A stretch of DNA of 63,407 nt, counting the filler, from Octopus bimaculoides (Eukaryota), in assembly GCF_001194135.2 (NCBI RefSeq). It is 7 parts of 7 records of this genome, joined end to end, with 100 filler letters (N's around TTAATTAATTAA, not from the genome) between each part and the next. Parts side by side here need not be neighbours in the genome. Positions count along the whole stretch, not along the records: positions 1 to 26,371 come from NC_068991.1; positions 26,472 to 29,772 come from NC_068987.1; positions 29,873 to 45,337 come from NC_069000.1; 4 more parts are not named here. One strand, written 5' to 3'. Below are positions 25,061 to 36,660 of the stretch, in pieces. The notes beneath the pieces were generated by a model that saw nothing but the letters and a program-made list of their open reading frames with translations, made no database searches and was not told the origin of the DNA. A program made the translations under genes and the position numbers. The first letter of the stretch is position 1, and each line of letters begins with the position of its first letter.

Positions 25061-26019
25061 AACATATGCGTACTTAATACATATGCACTCATGTTTTTTC
25101 TGTGAGAAAACAAAAATATAAAACAAACATATATCTGGGAAAAGGATGTGAAGTGACCTACATGGATAATAGTCTCATTCCACGAAGAAAAACTTCATCC
25201 AATTCCAAACAGGATCCTTAGTTTTGTATTATCTCGTCAAGTATCGTTTTAATGAGAATCGAGACCCTTATTCTTTATTTTCTCACAGATATATAGTTTG
25301 TTTTTTTTTTAATTTGGGGCAGGATGTTTCGAGGTGGAGGGATGATTTAGTTAAACTTAATGAAAGGTCAAGAAACTTTACAGACAATTTCAGCGAATAT
25401 CAATTGAACGGAAATATAAAACTGTTATATATAATTAATATGAATAAGTTACCATCAACAGCTGCGACAACAGCAACAACATTAACCACAACAACAACAA
25501 CAACTGCCACAAAGAACACTTTCCTTCATTAAATACGCTGGCGAATTAATGAGTTTTAAGCATATTATCATTATAACGAGAAAATTTTCTGGCCCTGAAT
25601 CTGTAAGTAACTTAATTGTAGGAATTTTTGTGTGGCCTGATATGTAGGGTTGGGTAGGGACTAAATGAACTTGGGTTACTACTTGGTTTTTTTTTCTTTT
25701 TCTTTTTAATTATTCTTTTTAATTATTCTCTCGTTCATTTCTGTGATAGTTCATACGAATGTTAAATCGGTTCTTTGTTGAACATCGATAATTGAGAACT
25801 TCAGAATAAACGGGTGGCGTATTGAAGAACGGGGAGGACTTCAGTTTGGGGGATATCTGGTCTGTATTAATTTATAAAACAGTGGAATCCGGGAAAAATA
25901 GACAAGCGATGTTCGGTGTCGATGGAAAAATAAGAATAGAAATATTGGTTTAAAATTTCAGATTTTAAAATTTTTGGCACAAAGTCAAAATGGCGTACGC
26001 AGTATATTATCATATCCTA

Positions 26020-26084
26020 CATAGTGTGGTCAGAACATAGTGGTCAGAACATAGTGTGGTCAGAACATAGTGTGGTCAGAACAT
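26020..26084. repeat. Four tandem copies of a 16-bp unit CATAGTGTGGTCAGAA
   Basis: Seen directly; one unit is 14 bp; no spacers. Confidence 0.9.
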
Positions 26085-26319
26085 GTATATTTACTCCCTC
26101 GGTAAAGCTTTGGACTAAAAATTTAGTTTCTGAATTTCTGTATGTGATGGAGTAAAAGCTTCGATTTTAGGATTTATCAAATAAGGGTATTTGAAGAAAA
26201 AAATTTTTTTCTATAAAAATAAGTATTTTACATTCAGCATATGTTTATAATTCTTGATTTTAGATCTATTTCTCTTTAAATGTACATGCGCGCGTGTGTA
26301 AGTGAGTGTATTATGTATG

Positions 26320-26371
<52 letters not shown>

Positions 26372-26471
26372 NNNNNNNNNNNNNNNNNNNNNNNNNNNNN
26401 NNNNNNNNNNNNNNNTTAATTAATTAANNNNNNNNNNNNNNNNNNNNNNNNNNNNNNNNNNNNNNNNNNNN

Positions 26472-26507
<36 letters not shown>

Positions 26508-26685
26508 CATGTATCTATGTATGTATCTGACTGTCCGTCTATCCGTCTGTCCATCTGTCCGTCTGTCCGTTTGTCCGTCTGTCCGTTTGTTTGTTCGTCT
26601 GTCTGCCTGTTTGTCTGTCTGTCCATCCGTCCGTTCGTCTGTCTGTCCGTCCGTCCGTCCGTCCGTCTGTCCGTCCGTCCGTATG

Positions 26686-26731
<46 letters not shown>

Positions 26732-26775
26732 CGTCCACCTACTTACCAACCAACCAACCAACCAGCCAGCCAATC
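26472..26775. repeat. Compound tetranucleotide microsatellite (TA, TATG, TGTC/CGTC, TATC, CCAA, CCAG)
   Basis: Seen directly. Confidence 0.9.
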
Positions 26776-28339
26776 AACTAATCTTCTGCCTCGTTCTTAT
26801 GTCTTCCCTGTCTCAAGCTCATCCTATATTGTTGTATTTGATATTATTTATGACATTTAACTCAAGTCAATCAACTTTAACAATACGGATTGTGTCCTGG
26901 TGTCATTCTGTCTTTTATCCGTTAATCCGATAGATATACTGCTGTAGCGAAACGTTTATCTCAGTAGATAACTGATGTCCTCCATCTTCTTCTGTGTCAA
27001 TCGATATATTATTGTATGGAGTTGGAATTAATCTCTGTCGTAGAGACATAATTGATCTTATTAAGCTTGGAAAAGGTGGTGGCGTGTTTGGGTGTTTGAG
27101 TACGGTTGGGTTTTAAGGGGAGGGTAGTGGTGGTGACCTAATGACCTAACTACACGATGTTGGTCAAGCACTAAACTTTCTTTCTCTTTCCCTCTCACAC
27201 ACACAAGCATAAACACACAGACACAGACATACAGACACACACACGCGTGTGTGTGTGTGCTGGGTGAGGATGAGGTGTGTGTATTTTTTATCTTCTACTT
27301 GTTTCAGTCATTTGACTGCGGCCATGGTGGGGCACCACCACAAAAGGTTTTAGTCGAACAAATCGATCCTCTAATTAAATTTATATATATATATATATAT
27401 ATNNNNNNNNNNNNNNNNNNNNNNNNNNNNNNNNNNNNNNNNNNNNNNNNNNNNNNNNNNNNNNNNNNNNNNNNNNNNNNNNNNNNNNNNNNNNNNNNNN
27501 NNNNNNNNNNNNNNNNNNNNNNNNNNNNNNNNNNNNNNNNNNNNNNNNNNNNNNNNNNNNNNNNNNNNNNNNNNNNNNNNNNNNNNNNNNNNNNNNNNNN
27601 NNNNNNNNNNNNNNNNNNNNNNNNNNNNNNNNNNNNNNNNNNNNNNNNNNNNNNNNNNNNNNNNNNNNNNNNNNNNNNNNNNNNNNNNNNNNNNNNNNNN
27701 NNNNNNNNNNNNNNNNNNNNNNNNNNNNNNNNNNNNNNNNNNNNNNNNNNNNNNNNNNNNNNNNNNNNNNNNNNNNNNNNNNNNNNNNNNNNNNNNNNNN
27801 NNNNNNNNNNNNNNNNNNNNNNNNNNNNNNNNNNNNNNNNNNNNNNNNNNNNNNNNNNNNNNNNNNNNNNNNNNNNNNNNNNNNNNNNNNNNNNNNNNNN
27901 NNNNNNNNNNNNNNNNNNNNNNNNNNNNNNNNNNNNNNNNNNNNNNNNNNNNNNNNNNNNNNNNNNNNNNNNNNNNNNNNNNNNNNNNNNNNNNNNNNNN
28001 NNNNNNNNNNNNNNNNNNNNNNNNNNNNNNNNNNNNNNNNNNNNNNNNNNNNNNNNNNNNNNNNNNNNNNNNNNNNNNNNNNNNNNNNNNNNNNNNNNNN
28101 NNNNNNNNNNNNNNNNNNNNNNNNNNNNNNNNNNNNNNNNNNNNNNNNNNNNNNNNNNNNNNNNNNNNNNNNNNNNNNNNNNNNNNNNNNNNNNNNNNNN
28201 NNNNNNNNNNNNNNNNNNNNNNNNNNNNNNNNNNNNNNNNNNNNNNNNNNNNNNNNNNNNNNNNNNNNNNNNNNNNNNNNNNNNNNNNNNNNNNNNNNNN
28301 NNNNNNNNNNNNNNNNNNNNNNNNNNNNNNNNNNNNNNN

Positions 28340-28384
<45 letters not shown>

Positions 28385-29157
28385 TTCATTTATGCACACA
28401 CATACTTATGCCCGTACACAACCACACCTATAAGCATATATACATCACAGCTAACATATAGTAGTCGGAAAAATATATACACCAGACTGATGATGTATAA
28501 CATTTAATGATCATAAATTATGAATTCCAATGATAACATTAACATTAAACACTTTGGGGCCGTCTACACTCACCAACTTCACTTCATCCTGAAGGCTCCT
28601 ATATTCACCAACTTTACTTCATCCTGAAGATGAGAACACGAAAGTCTAAAAATGTTGAAGATGGATTTAGAAACTTTACCATTTCAGAAAACTCTGCGAG
28701 CAACTCATATCTGTTAAGATAGAATAAAACAGTCATGTTTTCAATACAACCTGGATTAAAGAGAAGCAGTTCGTTATACACGTGAACACACTCAAAGATG
28801 TGTGTGTGTATGTATGTGTGTGTATGTATGTGTGTGTATGTGTGTGTATGTGTGTGTGTAAGAGAGGGAGAGAGAGAGGGGGAGAAAAAGAGAGAGAAGA
28901 AGAGAAAGAGATAGATAGATAGATAGAGAAAGTGTGTGTGTGTCTGTGTGTGCGCATACAGACAAATATGGAGTGAGCGATTGGTTTGATAAAAATAGAT
29001 TAAAAACAGATAGCAACAGAAACAAAGAAGTGGACATGGAAACTATATATATGTGTGAGTCTGTGTGTGTATGTATGTGCGTGTGTATCTGTGTGTGTGT
29101 CGCTATCTCTGTGTGTGTGTGTGTGTCACTATCTGTGTGTGTGTGTCGCTATCTCTC

Positions 29158-29211
<54 letters not shown>

Positions 29212-29390
29212 TACACACATATACAGAGATAGAGAGATAGAGATAAAGATAGAGAGAGAAGGTGAGTAGGTAGATGTAAGTGGACATAGAAACTATATAT
29301 GTGTGAGTCTCTGTGTGTATGTGTATCTGTGTGTGTGTTCATATATGTGTGTATATGTATATATATNNNNNNNNNNAGAGGGATAGATAG

Positions 29391-29424
<34 letters not shown>

Positions 29425-29712
29425 AGGGGGCGGAGATGACCAGAGAGACAGAAATAAGGAGCGGGGATTGACGCTCCATGACACTGAAATGTCCGTGAAA
29501 TTAAAGAGGATTTGACCAAGGTATTAAACGTTAATATCCTGTCCGATAGACTTTATTAAGTTGACCTCTCACAAAAGGGTGATAGGATTATATACACACA
29601 TACATACATGCATGCATACATACATACATACATACATACATACATACACACACACACATATATACATACATATGTATACATAATATATATGTGTGTGTGT
29701 AAGTTTAATATA

Positions 29713-29772
<60 letters not shown>

Positions 29773-30634
29773 NNNNNNNNNNNNNNNNNNNNNNNNNNNN
29801 NNNNNNNNNNNNNNNNTTAATTAATTAANNNNNNNNNNNNNNNNNNNNNNNNNNNNNNNNNNNNNNNNNNNNTTCCTGAGCCGATTATCGAGGTCTATTT
29901 ATATTTATATATATATCGTATATTTATAAAGAGGGCAAATTTAGCCATTTCTCCATAGATTGAAAAGAAAAGATGAACAACTTTAATCGATTTCCGAACA
30001 TTATTGGGTTCTCATCAGAGGCGTAGTGGTTCAAACAAGAAAAATAGAACTTATGTTGAGTCAGTCTCAATAAGTATAGATTTATTCATCAGAGAAAGTT
30101 ACATAGTGACTGAAGGTTCGAGAGTTTCGTGCAGAGGCACTTATCAAACTAATTAAATCAACGTTTTCTATATAAAATGAAAAAGCAGGACACTATCGGA
30201 AACAGATATGACGCAGATACTATTTCATATATAGGCAGGAAGACTTTTGGTTAATAATATGACAGAATTAAGGCAAGATAAAAATATGAAAGTTGTCTAT
30301 ATATAAGGCATTCTGCCTAAACTACATCTTTAAGATATGATTTGTTAGTAGTAACGCTAAAAGGAANNNNNNNNNNNNNNNNNNNNNNNNNNNNNNNNNN
30401 NNNNNNNNNNNNNNNNNNNNNNNNNNNNNNNNNNNNNNNNNNNNNNNNNNNNNNNNNNNNNNNNNNNNNNNNNNNNNNNNNNNNNNNNNNNNNNNNNNNN
30501 NNNNNNNNNNNNNNNNNNNNNNNNNNNNNNNNNNNNNNNNNNNNNNNNNNNNNNNNNNNNNNNNNNNNNNNNNNNNNNNNNNNNNNNNNNNNNNNNNNNN
30601 NNNNNNNNNNNNNNNNNNNNNNNNNNNNNNNNNN

Positions 30635-30723
30635 CAATTACAAAGAACTTGGGAGTGGTACTAAAAGATGGAGAGAAGTATTGACAGGCAGAAACTGGGT
30701 GGGAGCTGTCTTCAATAATTCAA
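30635..30723 (+). CDS. Possible upstream exon (3' part) of the CTLD gene, start hidden in an N gap
   Basis: Open frame NYKELGSGTKRWREVLTGRNWVGAVFNNS ending at a phase-1 donor A|GTAATG compatible with exon 46446; WVG resembles the CTLD WIG motif. Confidence 0.25.
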
Positions 30724-30981
30724 GTAATGCTATATGTTCAAAATTAACCATACATGCTGGTTTTGTTGTTGTTATTGTTGCTGCTACTGTTGTTATTGTC
30801 ACTTACTATTTTGTATTTTGACACTACTTACCTTCAGAACTCCCTAGGGAATTTTATGCTAGCTTCATCACTTTTATTTATTTATACATTTATTTTTTTC
30901 TTTGTTTTGAAATGAGATCAAACTTCAGCATTTTATACCGATAGATTTTAGACACTTTTTTTCTGCAACTGGTAAGATTAT

Positions 30982-31075
30982 GTAGGGGGTGCAAATTTTG
31001 ATCTTGCACCCCCTGAAAATTCTAGGGTGTGGGTGCACCCGCTGCACCCCCTGTTCCCGGGCCCTTGGTATCCCC
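30982..31075. mobile_element. GC-rich MITE remnant at the 3' end of the CR1
   Basis: GGGGGTGCA...TGCACCCCC repeats and GGGTGCACCCGCTGCACCCCC typical of hAT-type MITE ends. Confidence 0.45.
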
Positions 31076-33030
31076 TGAAGAAATTTGTCCAGGTGGTGGG
31101 ATCTTTTTCCTTTTTGATCTGTTTTGGGACAATGTTAAATTGAACAAGGCCTGTTGAGGAAAAGAAATTGTGTTGCAGTGTATTTCTGTGTTGTGATCCT
31201 GAATTGAGTAGGGGGCATATGACATATGGTCCTAGCCTTGGATGAATTCTGAAACTAATGTTGAGGTCGTTTGGGCAATGCTGGTGGAATATTCTCCACA
31301 TTGTGCAAATGATGTAGCGCTTACAGCGGTGCTGGAAAGAAAAGAGTTTCAATACTTTAAGGTGGTCCCAATAATTGAGATCAGTTATGCTCTTAATTCT
31401 TTTAGTGAATGCTCTCTGTTTTGTTTTGTGTGGTGAGACTACAGGGGGCAGCAGTATTCTAGGTGTGGCCATACTAAGGAGGAGAAAAGAGGAATGATGG
31501 CACCGTGTTCTTTGGACAGGAAAGTTCTTAGGATCCAGGAGCTCATCTTATGAGCTATGTCGACTTTATTGTTGATGTGGGCACTCCAGCTGAGATTCTT
31601 GTCAACAATTACTCCTAGGTCTCTGATATTATTAAATGCTCTGATATTATTAAATACTGAAAGAAGAGAATATGGTTGTTTTAGCATAGTCTTTTTTCCA
31701 AAATGCATCAGTTCAAATTTTCCCCCGTTTAGTTGTATTTTGTTTTTGTCTGCTCATTGACTTACAGCAAGTAGATCAGATTGGAGTTCAGTTCAGTCTT
31801 CTCCATTGATAATTTTCTGGAGCTTGGAGTCATCAGCAAATATTTTCACTTTGCTGTGTTTGATGACACTTGAAATGTCATTTATATAGACTATAAACAG
31901 AAGTGGGCCCAAGACAAATCCTTGAGGGAGACCATTGGTGATTTTTATTGGGCTTGAGTGGATTTCACCAATCACAACGTGTTCTGTTCTCCAGGAAATA
32001 CTCAATCCAGTGTAGTTGTTTTCCACAGATTCCAATATTTGATAATTTTGACTGTAGAATATTGTGGCCAACTCTGTTGAACGCTTTGCTGAAATTAAGA
32101 TGTTTGACATCAGAGTTCAAACCTGATCTCAAGGCTTTAAGGACATCATGGATGTGATGTAAAAGCTGTGTATGACAGTCCCTACTACAGCAAAAGCCAT
32201 GCTGGCTGTAATTTAGAAGATTGTGTATCTCCAGAAAGCCAACTATCCTTGATCTCACCACCCTTTCAAACACTTTGATGATATGGGAGGTGAGTGAGAT
32301 TGGGTGATAGTTGATTGTGAGGGATCTGTTTCCCTATTTGAAGACCAGGATAAGAGCTGTTTCGGTATATAGCCTGAGTCTAAAGAATTTCTCCAGAGGT
32401 TGGTTAGAGGGACTGCAAGTTGAAGACTACATTCCTTCAGGACACTAGTGGGGAATCTATCAGGGCCTGCAGCAGAATAGTACTTTATTGCTACTATGAT
32501 GTCTGAAGCAGTAAAAGTTATGTCCAAGATTATATGTTGAGGATTGACTTTGTTCACATCCCTTGCATCAATATCAGTAGGATCACTAAAGACAGAGCAG
32601 TATTGTTTCTGCAGTGCTTCTACCATTTCTTTAGCATTGTGTTGGAGAATGCAGTTATCATCAATCAGTGGACTAATGGGTGAGATAGCAGTCCTATGCT
32701 TATTGGTATATGAACAGAACACTTTTGGGTTCTGTTTGATTTTTATTTGATTACCCACTGTTTCTCTGCAGTTCTTTGATTTTCAATGCAGGTTTTCATG
32801 CTGGTCTGCAGATGAAGTTTTTCCAACTCCAGCCTTTTCATTGTCGCTGAATGTGGATGCTGTTTGTGGGAGCATTTTAATTGGTTGATTTTTTAAAAGT
32901 CTTTTGATGCTCCCGATGAGTGTTTTTTCTCTCTCTAGGGAACCTGTTTCTGTCTGTGCTTACGAATCTCATAGGAGTGTGTTTTGAGCATGTATAGGTG
33001 ACAATGTCCTGAAAGTGCTTTTTCTTTCCC
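31075..33030 (-). mobile_element. CR1-clade LINE, 5'-truncated, frameshifted RT
   Basis: KQNPKVFCSY, QHGFC.SRDC.TQLL, FSKAFNRVGH, GLPQGFVLGPLLFIVYIND, IFADDSK, RDLGVIVDKNLSWSAHI, VWPHLEYCCPLW. Confidence 0.93.
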
Positions 33031-33099
33031 CTGATAAATCAAAACACAAAGTTGTGGGAGTAAATGCACTTTAGCATGTAAAAATTAAGGTTGGTGATA

Positions 33100-34190
33100 A
33101 CAAAATGTGGATACAAAATCTCTATTCATTGTGGTCATTCATTCTGATTATGTTATTACTGCAAGAACTTCCACTTTTTTGATGATTTCTTGTGCACCGC
33201 TTCTGGAATGTCTCTCATCAAGCTCCAGCAGTAATCTGCCATCATGTTTGAAACCCATCGGCTTTAGTAGCATTCTTCCATTATTTTTAAGCCTTAATGA
33301 AAGCGTTCACTTTGTTCTTTGCTAACATTACCCAAGTCCTCTGGAAACTCACTCAAGTGACTGTATAAGTAGTGCAATTTAATGCTCATTCTACATCCAA
33401 GTGCTTGCAAATTTAAGAGCAGTTCCTCCACAATCTCTTGATAGTTGTCAGCTTTCCTGTTCCCTAGCAAATTTCGCATCACATCAGAGAAGGCATTTCA
33501 AGCTCTAGCCTCTGCCGCATTCATTGTAACAAAATGTGAATCCCTGAGGAGTGTTCTTATTTGAAGTCCAACAAATATTCCTGCCTTCTTCTTGTCACTG
33601 AAATTTGGAAAGTTTGTACATATATATTTGAAGCAATCTCCACTGTAATCAAGAGCTTTGATGAATTGTTTCATTACACCAAGTTGTATTTGCAGTGAGC
33701 AGGGGATAATGTTTTTCCTATCAACCAGAGGGTCATTAACGATGTTCTTGTCACCTGGCATCAAACTGTTTCTTGGGTGGGGGAGTATTTTTTCACCCAG
33801 TGATCCTTTGCAGCTCTACTGTCCCAGTAGCGCAGGAAACAAAGGTGTAATCTCTTTGTTGGCCCAGTAGAAAATTTACCATTTTCAAATTGACACAAAT
33901 TGCCCATCCATGAACATGATATTGCAGCCTCTCCAGAACAGTCTTGATGTTGGCATACGCCTCTTTCATTTTTTTAGAGTGACCTATTGGGATTGAACCA
34001 TGCAAATTCCCATTGTAAAGTGAAACACATTTCAAGCTGCTTTTAAAGCTGTCAATAAAAGGTCTCCACTTACATAAATCATATGCTAGCAGTCCCATAT
34101 TGAGAAGAAGACCTTCAACATCATTACAATAACAAGCTAGTACAGAGAGATAACAAGGTAACACCATAGTAGGATGGTGAGAGGGGTGCT
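33100..34190 (-). mobile_element. Chapaev3-like (CMC superfamily) DNA transposase, decayed
   Basis: FIDSFKSSLKCV.L.NGN...SIPIGHS, LQIQLGVMKQFIKALD, AGIFVG.QIR, LLGNRKADNY, GCRMSIKLHYLYSHL..FPEDLGNVS.EQ.ERFH. Family name assigned from recalled motifs. Confidence 0.75.
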
Positions 34191-34502
34191 ATGGTAAAAG
34201 AAGTAAAGCTAAGTTAGGAGGAATAAGCAGGTAGAAGGAATTGATACTTGAGAAATTAACAATTAGTGATGGGGAAACAAAAAGCTAAGAATGACAGATG
34301 ACAGAAGTGAACAACAAAGAAAAAAGATAGAAAATGTAGAAAAATGACAAAATTAAAAATTAAAAATTAAAAAATGACAAGAGGTAGTGTGAAAGGTTTT
34401 AATAAATTACATGAACAGTGAAGAGGCCCTTGGAAATCCTCGTTAGAAAATCTGGTTTAAAAGGTCTACTGGTTTTTTGAAAGGTAGATAGATGGATGGA
34501 TG

Positions 34503-36116
34503 AGTTTCTTTATTAGCCACACAGGGCCAAACACAGAGGAGACAAAATACAATGTAGAGCTTTTCTTTTCGAAAATAGGAAAAAAGGAGAAAAATATAAT
34601 TCTGATCAAAAGGGATTGTGAGAAAAAAAAAAAAGCAATCAAATGGGATTGTGTATCACAGAAAAATTTTTAAAGTGTAAAAATCAAGATTAGGTTTATC
34701 AATGGAAAAGAAAGCCTACGGAAAAGACCACGGTAACCTCAGGCAGGGAGAGAATAAACCCACGAGAGCAAAGCGCTCTCCCTCTCTCTTTCTTTGATTT
34801 ACAGGATCATTCTCAAAGTGGTTTTGTCACTTGCACGCACCGTCTTTGCTACACTCGCCCACCTTTTATTGAAACTTTAACAAGACAAAAAACTTGCCTC
34901 TCTATTCTCACCTTCCTCTTCAAGTGGTACTTGAAAAAGTTGATGAGTGATTGGCCAGAGAGGTAAGTGTTTGTCTCTAAACCTTTCACTCGAGTCCACT
35001 ACACACATTCTTTCACCATGGCCACCAGTACGATGAAGACTGCCTTGCTTTCCTGGTTAAGGGAAGGTGGCGGAGCAATTTTCTAGATAGACTCAGACGA
35101 CAGGCAGACTCGTCCCACATGCGACATCAGCCGTTCAGCATAAGCCCACAGGTCTGAAATGGTTGGACACTGCACGAGTGCATGCAGAACGGTTTTGTCA
35201 CTCTGACTGTATCTCGGGCAAGTCAGTCCAGTGTGTCTTGAACTGTGCCTGTAGAGCTTATCTTGAACGGGTAATGCTTCTTAATAGCACTGCCAGGTTG
35301 GGGATCTCTCAACAGGCAGGTCAGGTGTTCCTCGTTAATGACCAGATTCTGCCCAAGAACGTTGTTACACCTCCCCTCCACTAATCTTCTTTAGAACGCC
35401 TTTATGGAATTGAAGTCACACAAGTTTGGTCCTGGATGGCATAATTGCTTGAAAGCAAGGTGGCACTCGCAGTGCCATTTGCCTAGCCTCGGTCTCTGTT
35501 TGATCCACGACTGCAGTTCAGCCAAAGAGACGAGCTGCAGGAAAGCGTGCTGCACAAATGGCGACCACACTTGTTCACCGTTATCTATGAAGCTTCGGAG
35601 ATGTCGCAGTCTCAGCACATGTCTACGCATCATCAACCACAGTATTCCTAGACCTCCATTTAGTGGGTATTGACAGTATATGGATCACCTGACCATCGGA
35701 ACGCTTCCCTTCCACAAAAAGCGGAAGAGTATGTGTTCAAGTTTGGTGATGGTAGGGTCAGGACAAGGCACGACAGTCAGACAAGAATTGATGACGGATA
35801 CGATGTACACGTTCACCACCTCCACCCGACCTTTTAGGGAAAGCTTCCTCTCAGCCCATTGCTGGGTGAGAGTAGCCACCCTAGTCATTATCTCACCCCA
35901 GTTCTCCATTTGGAGGTCCAGACTGAATCAGACACTGAGCAATTTAATCGGTCCATCGGTCCAACATCCTGCGATGGAGACGCTGTTGGACAGTATGGGC
36001 TTGCTTCTCCAGGTGCCGAGCTGCAAGCCCACTGACTTTTTCCTGTTAATTTTTGCTCCCGTTAGCGTATCATATTTTTTAGTGTCTTGCTGACCAGGTT
36101 GATATACCTGTGGCTC
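34503..36116 (-). mobile_element. Tx1-clade (L1 group) LINE, 5'-truncated
   Basis: TGAKINRKKSVGLQLGTW, RKLSLKGRVEVVNVYIVSVI, FRFLWKG; 3' end AATAAAGAAAC plus (TCCA/TCTA)n tail. Confidence 0.88.
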
Positions 36117-36119
36117 GAT

Positions 36120-36173
<54 letters not shown>

Positions 36174-36660
36174 TGTTTCTTTATTATCCACACAGGGCCG
36201 AACACAGAGGGGATAAAATACAATATAGAGTTTTCTTTTTGGGAAAGAAAAATAAATTGGGGGATAAAATTCCGATCAAAAGGGTTCATGTATCACAGAA
36301 ATGCCGATCAATAGGGGTCATGTATCACAGAAATGTCATAAATGTAAAAGGGAAAAAGGATTAGGTTTATCCGTAGAAAGAAAAGCCTACGGAAAAGACC
36401 ACGGTAACCTCAGACAATAATGTCATGCAAAAAAAACACATTACAGTAAGTGACTCTCTTTTTTTCTTTTCTTTTTCTGGTTCATAGGATTATGCTGAAG
36501 GTGGCTCCATCATTCACACATGCTATCCTTGCTACATTCACCCGTCTTTTATTAAAGCATTGGCTTGAAAAAACTCCTCTCTCTACTCTCACCTTCCTTT
36601 TCAAGTGATACTTGAAGAAGTTGATGAGATATTGATCAGAGAGGAAAGTGTTTGTTTCTA
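36174..36660 (-). mobile_element. Second Tx1-like 3' end
   Basis: Homologous to 34503-34990 (GCCTACGGAAAAGACCACGGTAACCTCAG shared exactly); ends in (TCTA)13 at 36117-36172. Confidence 0.88.

Noticed and set aside
25539-25610. Possible first exon (MSFKHIIIITRKFSGPES|GTAAGT) of the lectin gene
   Set aside because: Phase-0 donor is incompatible with the phase-1 exon at 46446, and it is not a convincing signal peptide.
26020-26084. CRISPR-like short direct repeats
   Set aside because: Contiguous 16-bp units without unique spacers, no cas genes, eukaryotic context.
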